Below, one piece after another: positions 31,679 to 43,903 of a DNA stretch of 64,000 nucleotides (position 1 is the stretch's first letter; each line of letters starts with the position of its first letter). Made by a program: the position numbers and the translations under genes. Source of the DNA: Paramoeba atlantica (Eukaryota > Protista > Discosea); contig CDRNVI010000156.1 in assembly GCA_977017575.1 (NCBI GenBank), positions 1 to 64,000 of the forward strand, given 5' to 3'. The notes beneath the pieces are model-generated. The model was given only the letters and a program-made list of their open reading frames with translations. It searched no databases and was not told the origin of the DNA.

Positions 31679-33117
31679 TTAACATGCACAATGTTTCATA
31701 TGGGGAGTGCAAAGAACATCCTTCCCTCGACACCGAAACTTTCCAGAACATTTACCAGACACCCACATACCAGAATCGGAACACCCATAAGTCTTTCCTA
31801 ATAAACATATCGTACCAGGCCCTCCTTTTCTAAGCATCATGAGATGACAAGAAGAAGAATCGACGAGTTGGCGAGGGAGATTTTCTCGATTTTTTAGTTT
31901 CGGTGGTGCTTCTGGTTTTGGTTTTGGTGGCGGTGGTTTTGGCTTGCAAGAGATATCACCAAGTGTCAATTTGTATTCACATCTCAGAGGTTCACTAATC
32001 TCAAGAATAGTTATGTTGCCAGAACGACAGTTTGGTGGGAACTAAAGGAATGGTTTGGAATCAATCAAATAATGAAGAGGAGATTCTTCAAAAACAAAAA
32101 AAGGGAATAAATCTGAAATACCGCAATTGTAGTTTTTCTTGTTCTTCCACCACACCCAACTGTCCCATTCAAGATTTCATAATTATCATTTCCAAGAGAA
32201 ATCAATGGACCAGTTCCCAATGATTTTGATTTCCCATCTGGTAAGTATTGACAAACAAGAGCTCCTTCACATTTCTATTTCTTTCTAAGTCAACAAGAAA
32301 GAAGAAGGAAAAGAAATGAAATAAAACCGTCTTGTCTGTCAGTGGGGAACATAAGTTAACAACATATTTATCACCACCTGCTGCGAATTTCATCTCACCA
32401 AGGTTTTGGGCCAATGGAGATTCACAAAAATCTTTCCAGCTGCTTTGAACCTTTTCTTGAACCTTTTCTTGAACCTTTTCTTGAACCTTTTCTTGAACCT
32501 CTTCTTGAACCTCTTCTTGAACCTTTTCTTGAACCTCTTCTTGAACCTTCTCAATTGGTTCAGAAAAAAATTGAGGATTAAAACCGAGAAAAACAAAAAA
32601 CTTACATTCTTGGTGGTACAATACTCTTGTGAAGAGAGTTTTAAAATATAAGAACATCGAGGATCTTCATGTACAACAGGAGGTTTTGGTTCATCGCAAT
32701 AGAGCTGAATTTCTGTCCTTCGCTCAATTCCTCCACATCCAACCGTCCCTCCCTTCAAGTGGATTCTCACTGTACTTGTCTCTCAACAATTGAAAGGAGA
32801 AAGAAAGAAAGAACAAAAAGAACAAAAAAGAAATGAAAGAGGGGGAAAAAAATACAATATTCTGAGTTTTCCTCCAATGTTAAATTAGAACCACAGCTCT
32901 TTTTCACCCCTTCCTTTGTTGTTTGGCAAATTCGGGTACCATCTTCACACCCCAACTGCATGAGAGGATCATCACAAAGATTCCATTCGAATAATTGGCC
33001 GCTCTGATCCTTTGTTTGACCAATCCCCTCCATCTCAATTTCAGTCCCAGAAGGAAAAGTAAGAAGACAGGTCAGAGTACAGGAGATGAAACTCCCAAAC
33101 AACAGAACCAATCTCAT
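31679..33117 (-). CDS. Secreted MRH-MRH-Cys-domain protein, copy H (contains coding VNTR)
   Basis: Signal MRLVLLFGSFISCTLT, FEWNLC, ICQ, ERRTEIQLYC..E...CSY; ends KHCAC-stop. Confidence 0.85.
32447..32550. repeat. 12-bp coding minisatellite (gaaccttttctt/gaacctcttctt, 8 full units) encoding QEKV/QEEV on the minus strand
   Basis: Counted directly; copy I keeps only about 2 degenerate units. Confidence 0.95.
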
Positions 33118-33338
33118 CCCAAAACACCCAAAACACAAGAAACACAAAAAAACGCAAAAATCAAGGGCTCTTAATTTAGCACCAGATCCTTTTTTTTGAA
33201 TTTTTGAATATTTTTAAGGTCCAAACAGAGTTTTCTCTTTTTTTTGAATTTTTTGGATTTTTTCAGCAAAACTTTGAAAGAAAATAAATTATCACTCTGA
33301 GATTTTTCAAGAATAGAAAGAAAAAAAAAGAGTTTTCC

Positions 33339-34718
33339 TTAACATGCACAATGTCTCATATGGGGAGTGCAAAGAACATCCTTCCCTCGACACCGAAACT
33401 TTCCAGAACATTTACCAGACACCCACATACCAGAATCGGAACACCCATAAGTCTTTCCTAATAAACATATCGTACCAGGCCCTCCTTTTCTAAGCAACAT
33501 GAGATTACAAAAAGAAGGATCGACGAGTTGGTGAGGGAGATTTTCTCGATATTTTCGATTTTCGAGTGTTGGTGGTGCTTTTTTTGGTTTTGGTTGTGGT
33601 GGTGGTTTTGGCTTGCAAGAGATATCACCAAGTGTCAAATTGTATTCACATTTCAGAGGTTCACTAATCTCAAGAATAGTTATGTTGCCAGAACGACAGT
33701 TTGGTGGGAACTAAAGGAATGGTTTGGAATCAATCAAATAATGAAGAGGAGATTCTTCAAAAACAAAAAAAGGGAATAAATCTGAAATACCGCAATTGTA
33801 GTTTTTCTTGTTTTTCCACCACACCCAACTGTCCCATTCAAGATTTCATAATTATCATTTCCAAGAGAAATCAATGGACCAGTTCCCAATGATTTTGATT
33901 TCCCATCTGGTAAGTATTGACAAACAAGAGCTCCTTCACATTTCTATTTCTTTCTAAATCAACAAGAAAGAAGAAGAAATGAAATGAAATAAAACCGTCT
34001 TGTCTGTCAGTGGGGAACATAAGTTAACAACATATTTCTTACCACCTGCTGTGAATTTCAACTCACCAAGGTTTTGGGCCAATGGAGATTCACAAAAACC
34101 TTTCCAGTGTCTTTTTTCTTGAACCTCTTCTTGAAAGTCTTTTTGAACCTTCTCAGTTGGTTCAGAAAAAAATCGAGAATTAAAACTGAGAACAAAAAGA
34201 ACTTACATTCTTGGTGGTACAATACTCGTATGAAGAGAGTTTTAAAATATAAGAACATCGAGAATCTTCATGTACAACAGGAGGTTTTGGTTCATCGCAA
34301 TAGAGCTGAATTTCTGTCCTTCGCTCAATTCCTCCACATCCAACCGTCCCTCCCTTCAAGTGGATTCTCACTGTACTTGTCTCTCAACAATTGAAAGGAG
34401 AAAGAAAGAAAGAACAAAAAGAGCAAAAAAGAAATGAAAGAGGGAGAAAAAATTACGAGAATCTGATTTTCCCTCCAATGTTAAATTAGAACCACAGCTC
34501 TTTTTCACCCCTTCCTTTGTTGTTTGGCAAATTCGGGTACCATCTTCACACCCCAACTGCATGAGAGGATCATCACAAAGATTCCATTCGAATAATTGGC
34601 CGCTCTGATCTGTTGTTCCACCAATCCCCTCCATCTCAATTTCAGTCCCAGAAGGAAAAGTAAGAAGACAGGTCAGAGTACAGGAGATGAAACTCCCAAA
34701 CAACAGAACCCATCTCAT
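33339..34718 (-). CDS. Secreted MRH-MRH-Cys-domain protein, copy I (recent tandem duplicate of H)
   Basis: Near-identical to H including introns; stop codons are 1660 bp apart; ends RHCAC-stop. Confidence 0.85.
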
Positions 34719-35025
34719 CCCCAAACACCCAAAAATACAAGAAACACAAAAACGCAAAAACAAACACCTTTTTTAGAGCTCTTTTTTAGAGCTCTTTTTT
34801 TAAGAGACTCTTTTTCAATCTTTTTCTAATTTCCGAAATGAATGTCTTTTTCTGTAAAATGAAAAAAATCACAAAAACAAAAAATCTCATAATTTGAAAA
34901 ATAGCCAACAAAACGTTCACTTTTTTGAATTGTTTTTTCTCTTGTGTTCTTTTTTCCTTCTTTTTTCTCTTTCTTGTCCTTCTTTTTTTCTCTTCTGACC
35001 AAAGAATTTGTGGATCTAAATTTCA

Positions 35026-38000
35026 ATGGATGAATTGCGACAACTGAAAAAAGAGGTCTCTTTCTTTCTTTCATTTTTCTTCAAAAAAAAGAGAGAGAAA
35101 AGAAAGAGAGAAAAGAGAAAGGAAAAAATTCTCTCTCAATTAATTTTCTCAACAAAAACAAAAAACAAAACAAAAACAAACAAAAAACAAAAACAAAAAC
35201 AAAAATAGTTAAAAATTTGGGAAAAAGCTTTTGAAATTGAACATGGTTCAAAACCAACAAAATCTGATATTGAATCTCGTCCTGCTCTTGGTTTTTTCTC
35301 TTCTCCTTCTCTTCTCTTTCTCTTCTCTTTCTCTTCTTCTCTTTTTCTCTCTCTCTTGGTTTTCTTTTTCTGTTTTGTTATTTCTCGAGTTTTTCTCTTT
35401 TCTTTCTCTTTTTTTACTTCTCTCTTTCTTCAAAGCAAAAAAATTTAGACATTATGCACAACTCCAAAAATCTATCAAACAAAACGAAAAGGAAAGAGAG
35501 AAGGAAAGAAATCGACAGAGAAAAGAGAGAAATTTTCAAATAGGGAAAGAAAATCAAGAGAGAGAAGAAAGGGAGAGTAAGAGAGAGAAGGATGAAGAGA
35601 AAGAAAGAGGGGGAAGAAAGGAAAGTGGAAAAGAGAGGGGGACAGAGGGAGAAAGAGAAAAAGAAAAAGAAAGAGAAAGAGAAAGAGAAAGAGAAAGAGA
35701 AAGAGAAAGAGAAAGAGAAAGAGAAATGACAAGAAAGAGAATGACAGCAAGAAGAGAAAAGAGATTTGTTTCAATTGAAGAAATCAGTTCTATTGTTTCT
35801 GGAGGTTCTTTTTGTTTTATTTTATTTTATTTTTGTTTTTTAATTTAATTTTTCTTCTTTATTTTTAATTGTTGCTACTTTTCTTTTTCTTTCTTTCTTC
35901 ATTTTTCAATTTTTCTCTCTTTTTTGAATCTTTGTTTTTCAGATGAACCAAAAAAACTAAAAATCACAAAAAAAATGGTTTTTTTTCTTCTTTTTATTCC
36001 CATTCAATTCTTCTCTTCTCATTTCTCTTCTCTTCTTTCTAGACCTCTCTCCCAAACACAGACCCACTTTTTGATTTTTTTGGTGTTCAAGAACCCTCTC
36101 TCTCTTCTCTCCCTCTTTCTTCCTCTTCTTCCTCTTCCTCCTCTTCCTCTCTCCTCTCTTCTTCTTCTCTTTCTTCTTCTTCTCATTCTCCCCCTCCTGC
36201 TCCAACCAAACAAGATCCTGATGTCCAATGGTTGCAATTTGAAGAAGAAAGGAAAGAGAGAAAAGAAAGAAGAGAAGAATTAAGAGTGAAGAGTGAAGAA
36301 GAAAAGGAAAGAGAAAGAGAAGAAAGAGAAAGAAGGAAAATGGAAAAAGAAAGAAAAGAGAGAGAAGAGAGAGAAAAGAGAAAAGAGAGAAAAGAGAGAA
36401 AAGAGAGAGAAGAGAAAGAAGAGAGAGAAGAAAGAGAAAGGAAAGAAAGAGAGACAAAAGAAACAAGGCAAGAAGATGCATTCATGGCAGAAGCAGGTGA
36501 ATTAATTTTTCTACTTTCTCTTTTCCCTCTCTTCTCTTTTCTTCTTCTTTTTTCTCTTCTCTTTCTCTTCTCTTTCTCTTCTCTTTCTCTTCTCTTTCTC
36601 TTCATTTACCCTTCTTAAAAAGAGGAAATTGTGGATATTCCTGGGCCATTTTCTTTTGGTTTTTCTTCTTCCAAGTCAAAGTCTCTCTCTTTTCTTTTCA
36701 AAAAAGTATTTTTTGAATTTAATTTGTTTTAGATATGGAAATTTAGGTCAAAAGTATTTTGAAAAAGAAAAATCTTCTTCTTCTCTTTCTTCAGATTTTT
36801 GGACAGCAGGCAAAATCGAGAAAGGTATTTTTTAAATGGAAATTTGAAGTTCGTTGTCATAAATGTCAATGAAAAGTGTCACATTTTTGTCATTGAATTT
36901 ACTTTTTTGTATTTTTAGAATTTCAAACTCCTTCAATTCGAGGAAATCCGCTCTCTGTATTGAAACTCATGGTTTTTTTCTCTTTTCTTTGTAATTGAAT
37001 TTGATTTTTTTTTAATCTTTTTCTTTTTAGGAAAACGAAGAAATTGTGCGAGAACCACCATCAAAAAGAATCAAAAAATCTTCTTCTCTTCCAACACACC
37101 AACAACAACAACAACATCCACTCTCTACTTCTACAACAACACAACAAACCCAACAACAACAACAACAAAATACAAAGAAAAAAGGGAAAAGAAATAATTT
37201 TGTGAAGATGAAAAATACGCCTGCGAGAAAGGGGAGTGGGGGAGGGGCGAGATATCGAGCGAAGGGTTCTTTTCAGAGTTCGAGGAATTCTCATTATGTG
37301 TTAGCCTTTCTTTTTTATTTGAAGAGAAGAGAGAGAGAAGAGAGAGAGGAGAGAGAGAGAGAAGAGAGAGGAGAGAGAGAGAGAAGAGAGAGAAGAGGCG
37401 AAATGAGAAGAGAGAGAAAAAGGAATATGATATGTTTTTTTTTATTTTTGGGGGCTGATTCTTTTCTTTTTAGATGGAATGGAGGGTTTGCTTTGAAAAA
37501 TCAAAAGAAAAACAAATTTGGTTTGATTTTTATTTCGAAAAAAATTTTGTTGAAATTATTTGAACAAAATTGATTGATTCAAAACAATAGGCAATGTCGA
37601 AATGATGGATCCCGAAACAGAGAATTTTCCTTTTGAAGAAAATGGATCAGAACAATTCGAAATTGAAGAAGAAAAAGACTCTGAGAGTGACCAACAGGGA
37701 AAAGAGAAAAAAGAAGACGAAAAGAGAGATCAAAACACAACAAACTCCTCCTTCTTCTCTCCCTCTCCTCTCTCCCCCCTCTCTCTCCCTCTCCCCCCTC
37801 TCCTCAACTGCAAAAAACAAACCCAAAAAATATTAAAAGAAATCTTTCATTTCGAAGAGTTTAGAGAGGGACAAGAGAGAGCAATAGAGAGAGTGTTGAG
37901 CGGGAGGAATACTCTTTTGGTTACTCCCACTGGTTCTGGTAAATCTCTTTGTTATCAGGTTCTTTTCTTTTCTTTTCTTTTCTTTTCTTTTCTTTCTTTC

Positions 38001-41000
38001 TCTCTCTTGTGGTCTTTTCTTTTGATTTTTTTGCATTTTCAAAAATTTTCGAGAAATTCAATTTCCTTTCTTCTTTCTTTGTTTCTTTCTTACTTTCCCC
38101 CTCAGATCCCCGCTTATATAATGAGAAAATATCTTACAATTGTCATCTCTCCCCTTTTATCCCTGATGTCAGATCAAAAAGATCGTCTCCCCGAACCATT
38201 GAGTGGTGTCACTCTCAATTCTTCTCAGAGTCACGCTGAACAAGGTAATAATTATCCTCTTTCCCATATTTCTTCATTCTCTCTTCTCTCTTTCTCTCCC
38301 TCTCTTCTCTTTCTCTTTCTCTTTCTCTCTCTCTTTCTTTCCCTAATATTTTTCATTTCCCTCTATCAGAACAATCTCTCCAAAAACTTCGAAACGGGAC
38401 CGCTCATATCCTCTTCATCTCTCCTGAAAAGTTCTCTTCTTCAAAGTTCTCTTCTCTCATTCCCTCTCTTCCCCAAATTCGATTTGTTGTAGTTGATGAA
38501 GCGCATTGTACAAGTGAATGGTCTCATAATTTTCGCCCTTCATATCTTCAGATTTGGAGAGTCTGTCAGAGAATTGGGATGAGGCAAGAGAGAGAGGAGA
38601 GAGAGAAGAAAGGAGAAAGAGGAGAGAGGAGAGAGAAAGGAGAGAAGACAGAAGAGAAAGAAGAAGAGGAGGAGGAGGAGGAAGAAGAGAATTGGTACAA
38701 TCATTCAGAGATAAGAGTTCTAGCACTGACAGCGACAGCGACAAAACAAATCACAAAAGATATAACAAATCATCTCTCAATTTCTCCAAAAGATGTTCTT
38801 TTTCGTTCTCCATTTCGGGAAAATATTTCTTCTTCTGTTTCGGAAGAGAGAGAGAAAATGAGAGCGATTGTCTCTTTCTTTAGAGAGAGAGGGGGAGAGA
38901 GAAAGGGGAGAGAGGGGGGAGAGGGGGAGAGAGGGGAGAGAGGGGAGAGAGAGAGAGAAGTGACTCCTGCGATCGTTTATTGTTCTTACAAGAGAGAGGT
39001 GGAGGCGGTGGTTTCTTATCTTCTTTCTCAGTCTTTTGATGTTGTTGGTTATCATGCGGGAATGCTTCCAGGTTTTTTATTTTTTATTTAATTAATTATT
39101 TATTTATTTATTATTTATTATTTTATTATTATTATTATTATCTCTCAATCTCCTCTCTTTTCCATTCCACAGAAGAGAGAAAGAAAATCCAAGAAGATTT
39201 TATGAATGATAAAACAAAAATTATTGTTTGTACTGTTGCCTTTGGAATGGGTCTCGATAAACCAAATGGTTCTCTCTTTTCTCTCTCTCTTTTCTTCTTT
39301 TTCAAATTCTTTTTCTTTTTTACTTCTATTCTCTCTTTTTTCTTCTTTTCTTTTTCTTTTTTCAACTTTTTTAATGTGAAATATCAAAAGTTCGATCTGT
39401 TCTCCATTACAGCATCCCAAGAAGCATTGAAAATTACATTCAAGAGGTCTTTTCTTTCTTTTTTCTCTTTCTCTTTTTTTTCTTTCTCTTTTTGATCACT
39501 CACCACTCTCTTTTTTCTTCTCTTTCTTCTCTTTCATCTCTTTCATTTCTCTTCTTTTCTCTCTCTTCTCTTTCTTTCTTTTCTTTTTTTTCTTTAGATT
39601 GGGAGATGTGGGAGAGATGGAAAACCTGCGATTTCCCATTTATTTCTCTCAAATGAAGATTATCTTCGTTTGAGAAGTTTATCTTTTGTGGATAGGTTTT
39701 TTTTTTCTTTTCTCTTTTGTCTCTCTTTCTCTTTCTTTTTCTTGGATGAAACTTTTCATCATTTTGGTTTTTTATTTATTGTTTTGATGATTCATTTTCT
39801 TTTTTTCAGCGTGGATAAGAGAGCAGTGAAGAGTATTCTCCGCCAAATTTTAAAGATTGATGAAAAATGGGAAAAGTCTTCTTCTCAGGTATGGATGAAA
39901 AAGAAAGAAAAAAAACCAAAAGAAAGAGAATAGAGAGAAAGGTGACAAGAAAGAAAGAAGAAAAAATCTTTAATATTAATTTCTTTATTTTTTTTCAAGA
40001 CTCTTTTACCCATTGACAAAATCTGTTTTTCGTATGACATGAGAGAAGAGGTTTTATTTTTTTCTCTCTTTCTTCTTTTTTTTCTAATTTTTATCTTTCA
40101 TTTTCTCTTTTTCTTCCTCTCTTTTCTTCTCCTTTTCTGAAACAAAAACGATTAGGTTGTCACGACAATTTTGACATTTCTACAATTATGCTCTCCTCCA
40201 TTTCTTTTTTTACACCAAAAATCTTTTTCTCGTTTGATGGTTCAATTTCATTTTGATCCAAATAGTCTTGCAAAAGAGAGCGATTTGATTCAGGTTTTTT
40301 GTTTTGTTTTGTTTTTGTTTTGTTTTGTTTGTTTTGTTTGTTGTTTGTTGTTGTTATTGTTGTTTTTTTTTAATTTTTAGTTTTATTTTATTTCTTTTTG
40401 GGGGGCCAATTTATTTCTTTTATTCTTTCTTTTACTGATGGAAATGCAGATGATTCTTGAAAGTGGGATCAAACCTTCACCACAAGGAAAATGGAATCTC
40501 TGTGTTGAAACACTCGCCAGAAAGAACAAAATATCCTGTCACGAGGTTCAATAACCCAACTCACTTTTCTTTCTCCTTCCCTCTCTCCTTCTCTCTCTTT
40601 CCTCTCTCACTCTTCTCTTCTCAGTTTATTTCTCGTCTCCAAAATATTTCTGGAATTTCCATTGAAAAAAAAGATCCCTCTTTTTGTTATTCGATTCTGA
40701 AAAGACCTTCTTCTTCCAATGAAGAATTACAATCTCTTCAAGATTCAATTTTTCAGAAATTATCTGATCTTGAATTATCACAGGTCTCTTCTCTTCTCTT
40801 CTTTTATCCTTCTCTTCTCGCTTTTGTTACTGATCGCAACTTTTTCTCTCTCTCTTTTCCTGCTCCTTTTCTCTTCTCCCTCCCCAGATCAATAAACTCG
40901 ATTGGACATACCGAATCATGAAATGGAGTGCATTTCCCACTCTCGAAATGGCATTTGATCCCTCAATACAATCAGAGTTAGATAAAGAGAGAGAAATAAG

Positions 41001-41677
41001 ATGGCAAATTGACGCTTATTTTTCGCTTTCAGGGGAGAAGGAGGGAGAGAAGGAAGGAGAGAGTGAAGAAGAAAGAGAAGAAGAAGAAGAGAGAGAAGGA
41101 GAGATGAAGGAGGATGGGAAGAATGAAAAAGGAGGGAGAGAAGAAAAGCTCTTGGAGATTGTTGGGAAAGGAGTGACTCTCCCAATATATAGAGGGGAAA
41201 ATTATCTTGCGCCAGGTGAGTCGTTTTTTATGGAAGAAAAGAGAGAGAGAGAGAAAGAAAGAAAAGAAGGAGAAAGCGATTTCATTCATTTCTAATCTAT
41301 TTTGGAAAAGGTTGGGAACAGGTCAAAAAATTAAGTGCAAATGAAATTTCACTTTTAATTTCAGACATTAAAGTTTTGTGGAAAAAACACAGATCATCAC
41401 TCAAATCTCTTGCATCAATTTGTCGAATCTTTCATGGTCTTTTTCTCTCTTACAAATCTTTCTTTTCTTGTCAAATTTCTCATTTTTTTTTTCATTTTCT
41501 CTTTTTTCCTCTTCTTTCTTTTTCAAAATTTGATCAGGAATCTCTTCCCCTTGTTTGTCATACGATACATGGTCGAGAAATCCATTTTGGGGACGCCACA
41601 AACATATTGAGTTTCGATATCTCTTACAAGTAGTTGAACAAGTAGTTGATGAAATACTCAAAGAAAGGGAGATCTGA
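35026..41677 (+). CDS. RECQL4: RecQ4-type DNA helicase with Sld2-like N-terminus, many exons
   Basis: N-terminus LKKE/LKIWEKAF..HGSKPTKSDI..Y.QLQK; NNFVKM motif; helicase motifs PTGSGKSLCYQ, VISPLLSLMSDQ, VDEAHC.SEWSHNFRPSY, ALTATA, HAGM, TVAFGMGLDKP, QEIGRCGRDG; C-terminal RIFHGISSP..W....FW. Confidence 0.92.
35648..35725. repeat. (GAGAAA)n microsatellite encoding an (ER)n tract in RECQL4
   Basis: Hexamer run read directly; in frame with the ORF 35231-35848 exon. Confidence 0.85.
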
Positions 41678-41760
41678 AAAATTGAACTTTCAATCTCGTA
41701 GGGAGTGTTTCAAAAAAAAAGTCAGCAAAAACAAAATGTGTCAAATTCTTCTTTTTTTTT

Positions 41761-42573
41761 TTATCCTAATTTTCTTCTCTTTTTATTGGAATTCTTTTTT
41801 TTTGTTTTTAACCAAATTGGCAAATCTCCTCCTTCGACTAATACATACTGAATCAAAACCTCCAAACTCGCTTCATTCTTCACAACAATCGCATCGCCAT
41901 CACAATCTTCAAAAACAACAGAAAATTCATTTCCCACCTTCGCTTCCAAAGACGAGATGGTATCATATTTCGACAAGACAACAAAAAGGGTATCGACACC
42001 CAACTTCACTTTAACTTCTTTGGCACCAACATCCAACCTCAAATCAGCAATTTTATGAGCAAGAGAGAAGTATTGCTCCGCTGTTGAGTTGATCAGAAGG
42101 AGTTCTTTTTCTCCCAATTCGACTAATGACTCTCCGTCAATTTCATTTTGAACAAACCATTTCTTCGCCCAGCCAAGATTTTCATTCGTCAACCAAACAG
42201 CGACTTCTCGTAACCCCCAGGTCGAAGGGTCAGGGGGAAGCTGACTCTTTTTCGGAGAGATAGGAAGAACCTCTCTTTTCTTTCTTTTTGGCGTCTCTCT
42301 TGGAGTAAACTCATCTTCTGTCCATATTCTCTCTGCTTTTGCTTCTTGGATCAATTGTTCAAATCGACGAAAGTGTCTTGGATCAATCCCCAACAACGGA
42401 AGATCAAATTCATCCATCTCCGTGAGAATCCCGCCATCAATTCGATTAAAAGAGAAAATAATCTCATACTCATCAAAACCTTCGTCCAACAACCAACAAT
42501 TGATATCCTCAGAAGTCCACTCAGAAACCTTTTTCAGACGATAAAGCCCGCTCAACCCAACCTCTGAACCCAT
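41761..42573 (-). CDS. Intronless SAM-SAM-PB1 protein A
   Basis: Two SAM motifs (WTSEDINCWL..GFDEY...F....IDG..L; WGLREVAVWL...L.W....F..NEIDGESL) and a C-terminal PB1-like region with VKVK and the acidic FEDCDGD motif. Confidence 0.8.
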   Translation of the reverse strand: MGSEVGLSGLYRLKKVSEWTSEDINCWLLDEGFDEYEIIFSFNRIDGGILTEMDEFDLPLLGIDPRHFRRFEQLIQEAKAERIWTEDEFTPRETPKRKKREVLPISPKKSQLPPDPSTWGLREVAVWLTNENLGWAKKWFVQNEIDGESLVELGEKELLLINSTAEQYFSLAHKIADLRLDVGAKEVKVKLGVDTLFVVLSKYDTISSLEAKVGNEFSVVFEDCDGDAIVVKNEASLEVLIQYVLVEGGDLPIWLKTKKKNSNKKRRKLG

Positions 42574-42898
42574 CTCGTTGTCCAGCTTTTTTCTAAAGAA
42601 AGAGAACGTGACTGAAAACGAACGTTCGCTATGGCTGCTATGATCTTTCCATGAAATTTCGGAAGCAAATCAAACGAATTTTAATTTAGCCTATCAGCAT
42701 CCCAAAGATATCCTATCAACATCTCTGAATCGCTTTGAGTGATATTTTAGCCATGATGGAAGAGGTGGCTAAAAAAGCTTCAACCCTTTCTGTTTTTTTT
42801 TGCGTTTTGTCTTGTTCCCCCAAGAGAAAAAATCCAAAACAAACACGATCGTTTCAAAAATGACAAAAAGGAAAGGTTGAGTTTAATTTTCCAATGAT

Positions 42899-43669
42899 TT
42901 ATCTTGACATTCCCCCACTCTTAAGTTCCAACCTTATTCGAGAATCTTCCACTTGATGACAATAAACAATCAAATCCTTCACTCCTTCGTCATCTCTCAC
43001 CTTCACCTCCTTTCCTCCAGAGACTTCATAAACAACGTGATAATCAAAACCTACTTTTTCGTCGAGAGTGGAAAGTGTCTCAAAGGCTGACAAATGAACA
43101 AAAAACGAGTTTTTGTTGTCCTTCATCTCGACCTCAATCGCTCCCAAATCATACTTCAAATCCGAAATTTTGTGAGCAAGAGTTAAATATTGATGTGCTG
43201 TTGTAGAAAAAGAGAAAATATCTTCCTCAGTCAATTCCAATAAAGAATCACCATCTACCAAATGCCGAATAAACCAGTCTCGTACCCAGTGGAGATTGTT
43301 TTCTTCAACCCACCCAAGAACATGGCATAATTCCCAATCTCTCGGATCGGCTGGGCGTTTCCGCTTTTCGAACGATTTTCGTCTTAACTCTTTTGGTTTT
43401 ATCATCTTTCTTTTTTTCTTTTCGCTCTTGTCGCATCTTGGAAGTGGAGTCTTTTCTATCGCAGCCTCAATCAAAGTTAGAAAAGGAGGATAATCATTTT
43501 CGTCCACTGCTAACAAAAAGAGATCGTACTCGTCCATTTCAGAGAGGATCTGCCCGTCAATCCGATTGAACGAAAACTCTATTTCGTATTCGCCAAGACT
43601 TTCATTTTGAAGCCAAAGAAGAACTTCTTCCTTTGACCATTCGTTCACCCTCTTTTCAGATGTTGCCAT
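42899..43669 (-). CDS. Intronless SAM-SAM-PB1-like protein B, tandem paralog
   Basis: Aligns end to end with A (WSKEEVLLWL; WELCHVLGWV; AHKISDLK); acidic PB1 motif is degenerate (YEVSGGKE). First ATG at 43669. Confidence 0.8.
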   Translation of the reverse strand: MATSEKRVNEWSKEEVLLWLQNESLGEYEIEFSFNRIDGQILSEMDEYDLFLLAVDENDYPPFLTLIEAAIEKTPLPRCDKSEKKKRKMIKPKELRRKSFEKRKRPADPRDWELCHVLGWVEENNLHWVRDWFIRHLVDGDSLLELTEEDIFSFSTTAHQYLTLAHKISDLKYDLGAIEVEMKDNKNSFFVHLSAFETLSTLDEKVGFDYHVVYEVSGGKEVKVRDDEGVKDLIVYCHQVEDSRIRLELKSGGMSR

Positions 43670-43903
43670 TGATGTTTTAATTTTGTAAGGAGACCTCTGC
43701 GCGGTGGCTGAAAAACTGTTCACGTGACGGCCAAGGTGACTTTCTTCTTTGAAAAAGTTTTTTGAATAAAAAACCTCTTCGTTTTTCGATCAAAAACACC
43801 GATCCCAAAAAAAGAAAAAAAAAATACGATTGAGGTTAAAAATTCCTCATATTTATTTTTGAGACTCCCAAAAATTCCCTTTTTTATTTTTTTCCGAAAT
43901 TTC

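Larger units (their letters stand above)
31545..34760. repeat. Direct tandem duplication of about 1.6 kb units holding copies H and I
   Basis: Long near-identical blocks including introns and intergenic DNA (e.g. 31679-32400 versus 33339-34075). Confidence 0.9.

Noticed and set aside
32447-32550. CRISPR-like array
   Set aside because: Contiguous 12-bp units with no spacers, in a eukaryotic coding exon; it is a minisatellite.
21255-33350. C-terminal CxC of the lectin paralogs as a Rab-type prenylation signal
   Set aside because: The proteins have signal peptides, so they are lumenal or secreted. Several copies have extra residues after CxC. Disulfide bonding is the simpler reading.
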